Made by a program: the position numbers and the translations under genes. This document shows positions 18,736 to 28,267 of a DNA stretch of 60,564 nt, piece by piece (positions within the stretch are counted from its first letter, which is position 1; every line of letters starts with the position of its first letter). The stretch comes from Candidatus Zipacnadia bacterium (GTDB taxonomy: Bacteria > Armatimonadota > Zipacnadia > Zipacnadales > JABUFB01), in NCBI GenBank assembly GCA_029821745.1, contig JALGSS010000005.1, forward strand, positions 1 through 60,564, given 5' to 3'. The notes beneath the pieces are model-generated. The model was given only the letters and a program-made list of their open reading frames with translations, ran no database searches and had not been told where the DNA came from.

Positions 18736-19261
18736 GATTGACGATCTGATTCGCAACTACGAGGGGTTCGCGAAGCTCCCCTGGTCAGCGGGGCTGTCGG
18801 GGCCCCAGAAGGTCTGGTTCGCCATCTACGACCCAACGGACGAGCGCAGGGCCCGGCACCGCATCGGCGAGTTCGCCAACGCGACCGCACGGGCTGGCCG
18901 CAGTTGGCATCTGGTCGACCTGACGGACGCTTTTGCCGAGTGGATGGCTGCGCAGGAGTATCGCGCTGAGTATTTCGTTGCCCCTGGGAGCATACAGCTC
19001 GCCTTAGCCGACTTCCGCGCTGTCCTCTCCGAGCAAGTCCGGGAGGCATTGGTTGCGGCGGATGAGAACACTATTGTTGCGGTTCAAGGCGCTGCCACCC
19101 TTTTCGGTTGCCTGCGCGTTTCCGAACTCATAGACGACATCGCGGGAGACATATCTGGCCGTCTACTCGTCCTCTTCCCGGGCACCCACGAGGATGGTGT
19201 CTACAGGCTTCTGGACGCCCGCGACGGTTGGAGCTACCACGCCGTGCCGATTACTGCCTGA
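18728..19261 (+). CDS. brxB: BREX protein BrxB (DUF1788-like)
   Basis: The sequences KVWFAIYDPTDERRARHRIGEF and LLVLFPGTHEDGVYRLLDARDGWSYHAVPI match the DUF1788 pattern. A GTG at 18728 overlaps the brxA stop; the ORF-track start is 18677. Confidence 0.8.
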   Translation: MAKIDDLIRNYEGFAKLPWSAGLSGPQKVWFAIYDPTDERRARHRIGEFANATARAGRSWHLVDLTDAFAEWMAAQEYRAEYFVAPGSIQLALADFRAVLSEQVREALVAADENTIVAVQGAATLFGCLRVSELIDDIAGDISGRLLVLFPGTHEDGVYRLLDARDGWSYHAVPITA

Positions 19262-19274
19262 CGGGGGCCATCCG

Positions 19275-22200
19275 ATGGACCAGAAGCTAACTGTTGGCGA
19301 TGTATTCGTCCGCCATCCTGCTGATAACCCCATCCGCAATGACGGTGTAGCCGATCTTGACCAAGATGCCACACTGCGGTGGGAACTGCAGAACTTCGTC
19401 TGCGAGGGGCAGTACGCGGCTGGTCTGGAGCGCATACTGCAGTCATACCTCAGCAACCAGGACGGAGCGCAGCAGCCTGGTGTCTGGGTCAGCGGCTTCT
19501 ACGGCAGCGGGAAATCCCATCTGATCAAGGTGTTGTGGCACCTCTGGACAGACACGCCGTTCGCCGATGGCGCCACCCCTCGAGGGCTGGCCAAGCTCCC
19601 TGCTAACATTCTGGATCAACTGGCGGAACTCTCTACCATTGGCAAGAGGGGCAACGGCCTGATTGCGGCCGCAGGTGAGCTGCAGCATGCGCTGCCCATT
19701 CGCCGAGGCCTGCTGGCGGTGCTGTTCAGGAGCTTCGGCCTGCCCGAAGCGTACCCCGCCGCAAGCTTAGTGACGTGGCTCAGGAAGGAAGGAGTTCTCG
19801 AGACATTCCAGAGCAGCATAGAGGCGGCAGGCAAGGCATTCAATGACGAGTTGCGCCACATGTGGGTGTCGCCCGTCATCGCCCAGGCTCTGCTGGAGGC
19901 GACACCCCACTTGGCAGATGACAATGCGGGGGCTCTCGCCCAGATCCGCACCCAGTTCCCCCAACTCGACGGGGATCAGGACATAACGGAGCAGGAGATG
20001 CTTGATGCGATGGCTGACCTGCTCGGAGCTGCCGATCGCATGCCTTGCTCACTGGTGGTCCTTGATGAGGTCCAACAGTACATCGGCGATGAGACTGACC
20101 GCGCAGGGAATGTCCAGCAGGTTACGCAGGCGTGCACGAAGCACTTCGGCGATCGTCTTCTCTTCGTTGCTACCGGTCAGGCAGCGCTTTCGGGCACGCA
20201 ACTTCTCCAGAAGCTCCAAGACCGTTTCACTGTTCGCGTCGAACTCTCTGACACAGACGTCGAGAAGGTCACCAGGAACATTGTGCTCGCGAAGACGCCA
20301 GACAAGATGAAGGCAGTCCAGGCAGTGGTCGACGGATGCAGCGGAGAGATTGATCGCCAGTTGCAGGGCACCAGGATAGGCCCCAGAACAGAGGACAAGG
20401 CCAACCTCGTCGCCGACTACCCCATCCTCCCCGTAAGAAGGAGGTTTTGGGAGCGCGTGCTCCGTGAAGTGGACCGAGCCGGCACTGCCGCTCAACTAAG
20501 GACTCAGTTGCGCATCGTCCACGACGCGGCGCTCGCGATCGCCGATGGCCCGCTTGGGGCCGTGGTTCCTGCAGACTTCATCTACAGGCAGCAATCGGTT
20601 GCCCTGCTGGAGTCGGGGGTGTTGCTTAGGGACATCTACGAGACGATCCTCAGACAGCAGGCCGACGCGAACGAGGGCGAACTGAAATACAGTTTGTGCG
20701 CGCTCTCCTGGCTTATCGGCGAGATCACGCGCACAGAGGGCGCTGATGTTGGGGTTCGTGCCACCCCCGAGACTATGGCCGACCTTCTCGTGGCCGACCT
20801 TCGAGAGGGCAGCGCCGGCCTGCGCGAGCGCATACCTGCGGTGCTCGATGACCTTGAGGGTCAGGGCGTCCTGATGAAGGTTGGCGACGAGTACCTTATC
20901 CAGACACAGGAGGGTCAGGTCTGGCAGGGCGACTTCAACACTCAGTTCGCTGCTATCAGCAATGATGCCGGCCGGATCGCCGACGAGAGGTCGCAGCTTC
21001 TGCGCACAGGGTGCGGCGATGAACTGCAGGCCATCAAGCTCATACATGGTGCGAGCAAAGTGTCGCGGCAGTTGGGCATGCACTTCAGCCAGGATGCACC
21101 TGACCCAAGCGACGGGGACGTGCCGGTGTGGATCAGGGACGAATGGTCTGATAGCGAGAAGAACGTGCTCCATGATGCCCGCGACGCCGGCCCGGACAGT
21201 CCGATCGTCTTCGTCTTCCTGCCGAGACACGACAGCGACCGGCTGAGGGAAGCCATAGCCGAGTGGAAGGCTGCGGAGACGACTCTCGGCCTCAGAGGCG
21301 TGCCAAGCACACCCGAAGGGCTTGTGGCGCGCCAGGCTATGGAGACGCGGGAGCAGCAAGCCAAGGTCAAGGTGGACGGGCTTGTCGCGGAGATACTGGG
21401 CCTTGCCCGTGTCTTCCAAGCGGGCGGAAATGAAGTCACCGGAGTAGGCCTCCAGGGCGCGGTTCAACAGGCCGCCGACCGCGCTCTGACACGCCTCTAT
21501 CCAGATTTCAACATGGCCGACAGTCCCAAGTGGCCCAGAGTGGTCCAGCAGGCCAAAGGGGGCGACGGGAACTGCCTCGCGGCCCTTGGCTATGAGGGCG
21601 AGGTCGCGGATCACCCGGTGTGCAAGGAGATCATTGCAGACCTGGGCCCGGGCAAGAAGGGCAGGGAGGTCCGTCAGCACTTCCGTTCATCCCCCTATGG
21701 CTGGTCGCAGGACGCCATTGATGGCGCCCTGCTGGCCTTGACTGTCGGTGGCTTGGCCACAGCCACGGAACATGGGAAGCCCATCGAACTCAAGGTTCTT
21801 GACCAGACCAAGATCGGCGTCGCCGACTTCCGACCTGTAACCGTCCAGTTCACGACGCAGCAACGCATAGCAGTGCGGAAGCTCTTGCAGGACGCCAACG
21901 TGAACTGCAAGACCAACGAGGAGATCGCTGCCATCCCCGAACTCATCACCTGGATGGTCGAATTGGCGGACTCGGCGAGTGGCGATCCGCCTGCGCCGAA
22001 GAAGCCAACGGTCACACATATTGAGGACCTGCGGTCGAGCGTCGGCAACGAGTTGGGCGTCGCGCTCTATGAGATGCAGGATCGGGTCACTGAGGAACTG
22101 ACCGAATGGGGGAGCCGGGCGGAGGCAATCACCAAGCGGCTGCCGGAGTGGGAAGCTCTGCTGGCGCTCCTCGGGCATGCCTCGGGCCTGCCGATTGCCG

Positions 22201-22715
22201 CTGAAGTGGCGCCCCAGGTTGAGGCCATCCGCCAGAACAGATCGCTGCTCGACGAGCCTGATCCTGTGGCTCCCTTATCAGACCGACTTGCTGACGCTTT
22301 GCGCCAAGCGGTGAATGAAGCGTCCGCCACCTACGAGAAAGTTCACACTGCCGGGATGAAGACACTCACCGAGGCCGCTGACTGGCAGCAGCTCGACGAC
22401 AGTCAGCGCACCCAGATCTCCGCCCAGTGTGCGCTTGATACGCCTGACCAGCCGAAGACCGCCACTGAGGCCGAACTGCTCGACTCGCTCAACGGTGTCT
22501 CGCTGGCTGACTGGCGCAACCGAGCCGACGCGCTTCCTCAGCGGTTCGGGAATGCCACGTTGGCGGCGGCGCAGCTTCTGGCGCCGGAGGCCATCGGCGT
22601 GGAGTTGCCGGCCCGGACACTCGCCAGCGCCGAGGATGTCGAGACCTATCTGGAGGAAGTCAAGACACTGCTGATGGGTCACATCAACAATGGCCAACCC
22701 GTAGTGCTCAAATAG
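19275..22715 (+). CDS. brxC: BREX P-loop ATPase BrxC/PglY
   Basis: About 1146 aa counted from MDQKLTVGDVF. Walker A is VSGFYGSGKSHLIKVL and Walker B is at SLVVLDEVQQY. Size and position are typical of BrxC. Confidence 0.9.
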   Translation: MDQKLTVGDVFVRHPADNPIRNDGVADLDQDATLRWELQNFVCEGQYAAGLERILQSYLSNQDGAQQPGVWVSGFYGSGKSHLIKVLWHLWTDTPFADGATPRGLAKLPANILDQLAELSTIGKRGNGLIAAAGELQHALPIRRGLLAVLFRSFGLPEAYPAASLVTWLRKEGVLETFQSSIEAAGKAFNDELRHMWVSPVIAQALLEATPHLADDNAGALAQIRTQFPQLDGDQDITEQEMLDAMADLLGAADRMPCSLVVLDEVQQYIGDETDRAGNVQQVTQACTKHFGDRLLFVATGQAALSGTQLLQKLQDRFTVRVELSDTDVEKVTRNIVLAKTPDKMKAVQAVVDGCSGEIDRQLQGTRIGPRTEDKANLVADYPILPVRRRFWERVLREVDRAGTAAQLRTQLRIVHDAALAIADGPLGAVVPADFIYRQQSVALLESGVLLRDIYETILRQQADANEGELKYSLCALSWLIGEITRTEGADVGVRATPETMADLLVADLREGSAGLRERIPAVLDDLEGQGVLMKVGDEYLIQTQEGQVWQGDFNTQFAAISNDAGRIADERSQLLRTGCGDELQAIKLIHGASKVSRQLGMHFSQDAPDPSDGDVPVWIRDEWSDSEKNVLHDARDAGPDSPIVFVFLPRHDSDRLREAIAEWKAAETTLGLRGVPSTPEGLVARQAMETREQQAKVKVDGLVAEILGLARVFQAGGNEVTGVGLQGAVQQAADRALTRLYPDFNMADSPKWPRVVQQAKGGDGNCLAALGYEGEVADHPVCKEIIADLGPGKKGREVRQHFRSSPYGWSQDAIDGALLALTVGGLATATEHGKPIELKVLDQTKIGVADFRPVTVQFTTQQRIAVRKLLQDANVNCKTNEEIAAIPELITWMVELADSASGDPPAPKKPTVTHIEDLRSSVGNELGVALYEMQDRVTEELTEWGSRAEAITKRLPEWEALLALLGHASGLPIAAEVAPQVEAIRQNRSLLDEPDPVAPLSDRLADALRQAVNEASATYEKVHTAGMKTLTEAADWQQLDDSQRTQISAQCALDTPDQPKTATEAELLDSLNGVSLADWRNRADALPQRFGNATLAAAQLLAPEAIGVELPARTLASAEDVETYLEEVKTLLMGHINNGQPVVLK

Positions 22716-22733
22716 CCGGGGGGACACACCCAG

Positions 22734-25700
22734 ATGGCACCACTGGACACCTCACTTCGTAACCAACTGGAGAAGGCCATCGTCGCGGCGCGGGACATGG
22801 CCGAGGCGGGGGCCAAAGCCGCTCTTGAACGGCTGGCGGTTGACGCCGACCAGCCCTTCGCGAGCATGTCGCCAGACGAGCGCGAGTTGCGCCGGCAGTT
22901 GCGCGCCAAAGCTCGGCAGCTCGGCGGCTCTGATGCGCTTCTCGCTGAGTGCGCCTACGAGCACTGGCACCGGATGCTCTTCGCGCGCTTCCTCGCCGAG
23001 AACAGCCTGCTCATGCATCCCACCGGTGTCCCGGTGACGCTGGAGGAGTGCGACGAACTCGCGCCGGATGAGGGCGCGGCGGATGGCTGGGAGCTCGCCG
23101 CCCGCTACGCCTCCCGGATGCTGCCGCAGATCTTCCGCACGGATGACCCCGTCCTGCAAGTGCGACTGGCACCCGAGCATGTGCAGGGGTTGGAGGCGCT
23201 GCTTGACCAGCTTCCCGTGACCGTCTTCGCCGATGACGACAGCATCGGCTGGGTCTACCAGTACTGGCAGAGCAAGAAGAAGGACGAGGTCAACGCCAGC
23301 GAAGAGAAGATCAGCGGGAAGAATATCGGCCCGGTTACGCAGCTCTTCACCGAGCCCTACATGGTTCAGTTTCTGCTGCACAACACTCTCGGCGCCTGGT
23401 GGCTGAGCCGGCACCAGGACGAGGCGCTGCCGATCGAGATGCCCTACCTGCGGACACTGGAGGACGGCACGCCGGCTGCGGGCGTCTTCGAGGGATGGCC
23501 TGACACCGCCTCCGAGATCACCGTGATGGACCCCTGCTGCGGTTCCGGGCACTTCCTCGTCGCGGCCTTCGAAATCATGCAGCGCTTCCGTATGGCCGAA
23601 GAGGGCCTGTCAGAGCGCGAGGCCGGGGATGCCGTGCTGCGAGACAACCTGTTCGGCTTGGAGATAGACCCGCGCTGCACGCAGATTGCGGCCTTCGCGC
23701 TGGCCTTCGCCGCGTGGAAGAGCGGCGGCTACCGCGAGCTGCCGGCGCTCAATGTAGCCTGTTCGGGTCAGAGCCTGCGGGGCAAGAGAGATGACTGGGT
23801 TGCCCTCGCCAACGGTGATGAGAAGCTCGTGGAGGGCATGGGGCAACTCTACGACCTGTTCGAGCAGGCGCCGGATCTGGGCAGCCTGATTGATCCCCAG
23901 AAGGCCGGAGCGGGGTCACTTCTGTCTGCCAATTTCGGCGAACTGCAGCCGCTGCTGGAGCAGGCCCTGCGGCGCGAGGCCGCGCAGAATGATGAGAACA
24001 TACACTTCGCGGGTATTGCGGCTCAGGGGCTCGCCAAAGCGGCCGAGCTTCTGGCGAATATGTACCACTTCGTCGCAACCAATGTTCCGTACCTTAATCG
24101 CAAGCGGCAACATGTGCGCATGTCGAGCTACATAGGGGAGCACTACTCGGCGGCCAAAAACGACCTGTCGACCACGCTTATTGTTCGCGCATCAACGCTG
24201 TGCGAGGCAGGCGGCGTTGTGGCGGCTGTCACGACGCAGAACTGGCTCTTCCTCAGTAGCTATACCAAATTCCGTCGGGAGATGTTGGCGGTGCATTCAT
24301 GGCTTGCCGTCGCCCGACTTGGGCCTGGTGCTTTCGAGACGATCAGCGGCCATGTGGTAGACGTTGTTCTCGTCCTCATGCGGCGGTCAACGCCGACTGA
24401 GGAACACCAAGTGGGCGCAGTGGATGCGTCAATGGCCGACACCCCTGTAGAGAAGGCAAGCCTCTTGCGGAGTGCCAGCGTGGAGATGTTCTCTCAGAGA
24501 GACCAGTTGGCCAACCCCGATGCCCGGCTCCTGCTCGATGCCCTCAGCAACCATCCGCCGTTGACGGACTTCGCCCGCGTACACGGGGGCATCTGCACAG
24601 GCGACAACCCACGCTTCCACAAGGAGTTCTGGGAGTTGCCGGCCATTGGCGGTGGCTGGATACGGCACAAGTCCGCCACGAGCGACACGTCGCCATCTGG
24701 GGGATGCAGCCTGCTTCTCCTATGGGAGGATGGCAACGGCACGTTCCACCGCACGCTGCGCGAACGTCTTGGCGAATTCGGAGTAGGCGCCTGGATTCGC
24801 GGCGAGGACGCGTGGGACAGGCGAGGCGTTGCTGTCTCGCGCATGGGCGATCTCCCGAGCACGCTGTACCATGGCGAAGCCTTTGATCAGTCTCTTGGCG
24901 TCATCGTGCCACTGTCCGAGCAACTGCTCCCCGCTGTGTGGGCCTTCTGCTCAAGTGCGGCGTATGCGAAGGCGGTTAGGCAGCTCGATCGCAAGGTGAA
25001 CGTAACGCATGGTACGTTTGTGAAGGTTCCCTTCGACCTCGAACACTGGCGGAAGATCGCCGATGAAGCCGGACCTCTGCCAGAGCCTTACTCCGAGGAC
25101 CCGACGCAGTGGTTGTTCGACGGCAATCCAGCACGCACCACCGAGCCGCTGCAGGTGGCTGTGGCCCGCCTGCTCAGTTACCACTGGCCGGACCAGGAGA
25201 CCAACGGGCTGGAGGACCTTGCTGACAAAGACGGTGTGGTTTGCCTGCAATCAGTCCACGGCGAGCCGCCGGCGGCAGACCGACTGGCAGCCCTGCTCAC
25301 GGCTGCCTATGGCGATGAGTGGACAGCGGCCACGCAGGCAGGACTGCTCGCCGCAGTGGGCTTCGAAGGCAAGTCACTCACCGACTGGCTTCGTGAGGGT
25401 TTCTTCAAGCAGCACTGCAAGCTCTTCCACCAGCGCCCCTTCATCTGGCACATCTGGGACGGGCGCAAGGACGGCTTCTCGGCGCTCGTCAACTACCACA
25501 AGCTCGACCGGGCTCTCCTGACACGGATCACCTACAGCTACCTCGGCGACTGGATCACGAGGCAACGGCACGCTGATGACCAGGGGGTCTCGGGAGCGAA
25601 TGCGCGCCTCGTCGCTGCGGAGGAACTGAGCGACAAGCTCAAACTCATCATCAAGGGCGAAGATCCCTTCGACATCTTTGTGCGCTGGAAGCCTTTGCAC

Positions 25701-25925
25701 GAGCAGCCTATCGGCTGGGAGCCCGACCTCAACGACGGCGTGCGACTGAATATCCGACCATTTATGGAGGCCGGGATACTGCGCGCCAAGCCCAGCATCA
25801 AGTGGAACAAGGACCGCGGGAAGAACCCACCCGGGTCGCCGTGGGGCGACGAACGCATCAACGACAAGCGTCTGAGCCTCGCCGAGAAGCGCGAAGCACG
25901 CAAGGAAGCGGGCGAGCCGTCATGA
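22734..25925 (+). CDS. pglX: BREX adenine-specific DNA methyltransferase PglX
   Basis: 1063 aa. The SAM-binding motif I is VMDPCCGSGHFLVAAF and the catalytic motif IV variant is VATNVPYL (NPPY-type). Confidence 0.9.
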   Translation: MAPLDTSLRNQLEKAIVAARDMAEAGAKAALERLAVDADQPFASMSPDERELRRQLRAKARQLGGSDALLAECAYEHWHRMLFARFLAENSLLMHPTGVPVTLEECDELAPDEGAADGWELAARYASRMLPQIFRTDDPVLQVRLAPEHVQGLEALLDQLPVTVFADDDSIGWVYQYWQSKKKDEVNASEEKISGKNIGPVTQLFTEPYMVQFLLHNTLGAWWLSRHQDEALPIEMPYLRTLEDGTPAAGVFEGWPDTASEITVMDPCCGSGHFLVAAFEIMQRFRMAEEGLSEREAGDAVLRDNLFGLEIDPRCTQIAAFALAFAAWKSGGYRELPALNVACSGQSLRGKRDDWVALANGDEKLVEGMGQLYDLFEQAPDLGSLIDPQKAGAGSLLSANFGELQPLLEQALRREAAQNDENIHFAGIAAQGLAKAAELLANMYHFVATNVPYLNRKRQHVRMSSYIGEHYSAAKNDLSTTLIVRASTLCEAGGVVAAVTTQNWLFLSSYTKFRREMLAVHSWLAVARLGPGAFETISGHVVDVVLVLMRRSTPTEEHQVGAVDASMADTPVEKASLLRSASVEMFSQRDQLANPDARLLLDALSNHPPLTDFARVHGGICTGDNPRFHKEFWELPAIGGGWIRHKSATSDTSPSGGCSLLLLWEDGNGTFHRTLRERLGEFGVGAWIRGEDAWDRRGVAVSRMGDLPSTLYHGEAFDQSLGVIVPLSEQLLPAVWAFCSSAAYAKAVRQLDRKVNVTHGTFVKVPFDLEHWRKIADEAGPLPEPYSEDPTQWLFDGNPARTTEPLQVAVARLLSYHWPDQETNGLEDLADKDGVVCLQSVHGEPPAADRLAALLTAAYGDEWTAATQAGLLAAVGFEGKSLTDWLREGFFKQHCKLFHQRPFIWHIWDGRKDGFSALVNYHKLDRALLTRITYSYLGDWITRQRHADDQGVSGANARLVAAEELSDKLKLIIKGEDPFDIFVRWKPLHEQPIGWEPDLNDGVRLNIRPFMEAGILRAKPSIKWNKDRGKNPPGSPWGDERINDKRLSLAEKREARKEAGEPS

Positions 25926-28267
25926 GCGATAACCAGACGGTCTTCGACGCCCTGCTGGCGGCGCTCGATAGCGTCCGCCAGTACAACTCCAACGATCAGG
26001 CAGCGCCCGCCGCTATCCTGTGGCCCGACAAGGGGCAGGAGTGGACTGAGTTGCTGCCACGCCTGCGGGAAGCACTGCCACAACTGCTGACCTTCGGCGA
26101 CTATGACCCTGGCACGAAGACCGGACCGGCCATCTGGCTGCGCTGCATGATCGCGCGCACCTTGCCGGAGGCGGACTGGTCTGAGGATGCCACGCCCATC
26201 ATCTACCTGCCCGGCTTCAGCCGGCAGGAACTCCGCGCGGTAGAGGAGTGCCCCAAGCCGCTTCTGCCCCTCGCAGAGCTGCAGTTCCGTGGTGTGCTCT
26301 TCAGTCAGGTCAGCGCCCGTGACTGGACAGCGATGGCTTTCCTGGTCTCCGAGGAGGGGGGAGGCCTCGGTCTCGATGTGGCGAGGGATCGAGCGACCGA
26401 AGAAGCCATGATGCGCGCGTTGCCGGCGCTTGCCGGTGAACACGTTGCAGCGCTTCGTGGCCGCAAGCTGCAAGCCGCCTACTTCGACGACCTCGTCAAT
26501 CCCGACGAGACCCGCAGTGTCCTGATGTGGCTGAGTGATCCCAGCGCAGTGCGCACAGCCTGGCCGGCAAACCAGTGGGACGCGTTCCGGGCTCGCTGCA
26601 CAAGCAAGTTCGGCTTCGATCCCGATACCGACGGGACGCTGATCGCGGCCGAGCTACTCGGCGCACGGAGCGGCGACTGGGCTACCGTGTGGGATCGCTA
26701 CGCGGAGGCCCCGGCGACGTATCCCGGCATCCCTGACCTGCTGCGCCAGGCTCGCCCGTCGGCAACAGACGACTTGTTCTTCGACCTATCCACCTGGCCA
26801 CAGGACAACCAGGAGATGGAGGACACGGTAAGAAAGCGGCTGGCCGAGTTGGGCGAGGCGTCACCAGCCGACGCTCGAACTGAGATCCGTCAGCTTGAGG
26901 CGAAGCACGGAGACCGGCGCGAGTGGGTCTGGGCCACGCTTGGGCAGGCACCACTGGCACAGGCTCTCGAAGCGCTGGCCGTCCTCGCGGACGTCACTGA
27001 GACGGCGCTTGGTGGCACGACCCCGCGCGAAGTGGCAGAGAACTACGTATCCGACCTCTGGCGCGCTGACGCTGCCGCGCTGGACGCTCTGGCGTGTGTC
27101 GAACACCCCGATGATGTGGCGGCAGTGAGCGAGGCGCTCAGAGCGACATACGCGCCCTGGCTCACGGCTGCCGCCGAACACTTCCAGCAGACGGTCGACA
27201 CGCACGGATACCCCGATGACAACGAGACAGGCGAGCGAGAGGATAGCACCTGCGTGCTCTTCGCAGACGGCCTCAGGTTCGACGTCGCCCAGAAGCTCGG
27301 GGCCGCACTGGAATCAGAGGGCATCGAGGCAACGGTCGACTGGTCATTCGCCGCTATGCCTACCGTAACGCCAACTGCCAAGCCCGCTGTGTCTCCCGTC
27401 GCCGGACTCCTCGCCGGCGGCGACACCGGAGAGGATTTCCTGCCGTCTACGAAGGCCGACAGCAGGAAGCTGACAGCTGACGTGCTTCGCCAATGCCTGG
27501 CACAAGAGGGCATCGACGTACTGGCGAACAGTGACACCGGCTCCACCATCGGCATCGCCTGGACGGAGTATGGTTCGCTCGACAAGCGAGGCCACGATGA
27601 GGGCACGAAGCTGGCCCGGATGATCGATGAGGAAGTGCGCGGGCTTGTGATCCGGGTGCGGCAACTGCTGGATGCCGGCTGGCGGAAGGTGCAGATCGTG
27701 ACGGATCACGGGTGGCTGCTGCTGCCCGGTGGGCTGCCCAAGGTCGAGTTGCCCCACTACCTCGCGCAGACGCGTTGGGGGCGTTGCGCAGTGCTCAAGC
27801 CGACCGCAAACACGGACATGCTTACGGTGCCCTGGCGATGGAACCAGGATGCCCGCATTGCCCCGGCCCCCGGCATCGGCTGCTTCATTGCAGGGCGCGA
27901 GTTCGCGCATGGCGGCCTCAGCGTCCAAGAGTGTGTGGTCCCGGTGGCGACCGTCTCAGGCGCGGAGCGTGGCCCAGAAGTCTCCATAGAGGAAGTGAAG
28001 TGGGTTGGTCTGCGCTGCCGGCTACAGATCGACGGCGGAGCTGGCTTCCTCGCTGACTTGCGCACAAAGGTAAGCGACCCGGAGTCGTCGGTGGTCCAGA
28101 AGGGCGAGCCAATTGCCGTCGCGGACGACGGATTGGCCTCACTGCTCGTGACGGACTACGATCTGGAGGGCACTGCTGTCAACGTTGTGATACTCGGCGC
28201 CGCGGGCGACGCGATTGCTCGGCGCGCAACGACGGTCGGAGGGGAGAGCGACGAAGATGGAACTTGA
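25922..28267 (+). CDS. pglZ: BREX alkaline-phosphatase-fold protein PglZ
   Basis: The ATG at 25922 overlaps the pglX stop (ATGA), giving MSDNQTVFDALL. The PglZ-type core is CVLFADGLRFDVAQKL...TDHGWLLLPGG. Confidence 0.9.
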   Translation: MSDNQTVFDALLAALDSVRQYNSNDQAAPAAILWPDKGQEWTELLPRLREALPQLLTFGDYDPGTKTGPAIWLRCMIARTLPEADWSEDATPIIYLPGFSRQELRAVEECPKPLLPLAELQFRGVLFSQVSARDWTAMAFLVSEEGGGLGLDVARDRATEEAMMRALPALAGEHVAALRGRKLQAAYFDDLVNPDETRSVLMWLSDPSAVRTAWPANQWDAFRARCTSKFGFDPDTDGTLIAAELLGARSGDWATVWDRYAEAPATYPGIPDLLRQARPSATDDLFFDLSTWPQDNQEMEDTVRKRLAELGEASPADARTEIRQLEAKHGDRREWVWATLGQAPLAQALEALAVLADVTETALGGTTPREVAENYVSDLWRADAAALDALACVEHPDDVAAVSEALRATYAPWLTAAAEHFQQTVDTHGYPDDNETGEREDSTCVLFADGLRFDVAQKLGAALESEGIEATVDWSFAAMPTVTPTAKPAVSPVAGLLAGGDTGEDFLPSTKADSRKLTADVLRQCLAQEGIDVLANSDTGSTIGIAWTEYGSLDKRGHDEGTKLARMIDEEVRGLVIRVRQLLDAGWRKVQIVTDHGWLLLPGGLPKVELPHYLAQTRWGRCAVLKPTANTDMLTVPWRWNQDARIAPAPGIGCFIAGREFAHGGLSVQECVVPVATVSGAERGPEVSIEEVKWVGLRCRLQIDGGAGFLADLRTKVSDPESSVVQKGEPIAVADDGLASLLVTDYDLEGTAVNVVILGAAGDAIARRATTVGGESDEDGT

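Noticed and set aside
20496-26473. Minus-strand ORFs inside BREX genes (20496..21680, 22752..23552, 25538..26473 and others)
   Set aside because: They are antisense to brxC, pglX and pglZ, which carry clear family motifs.
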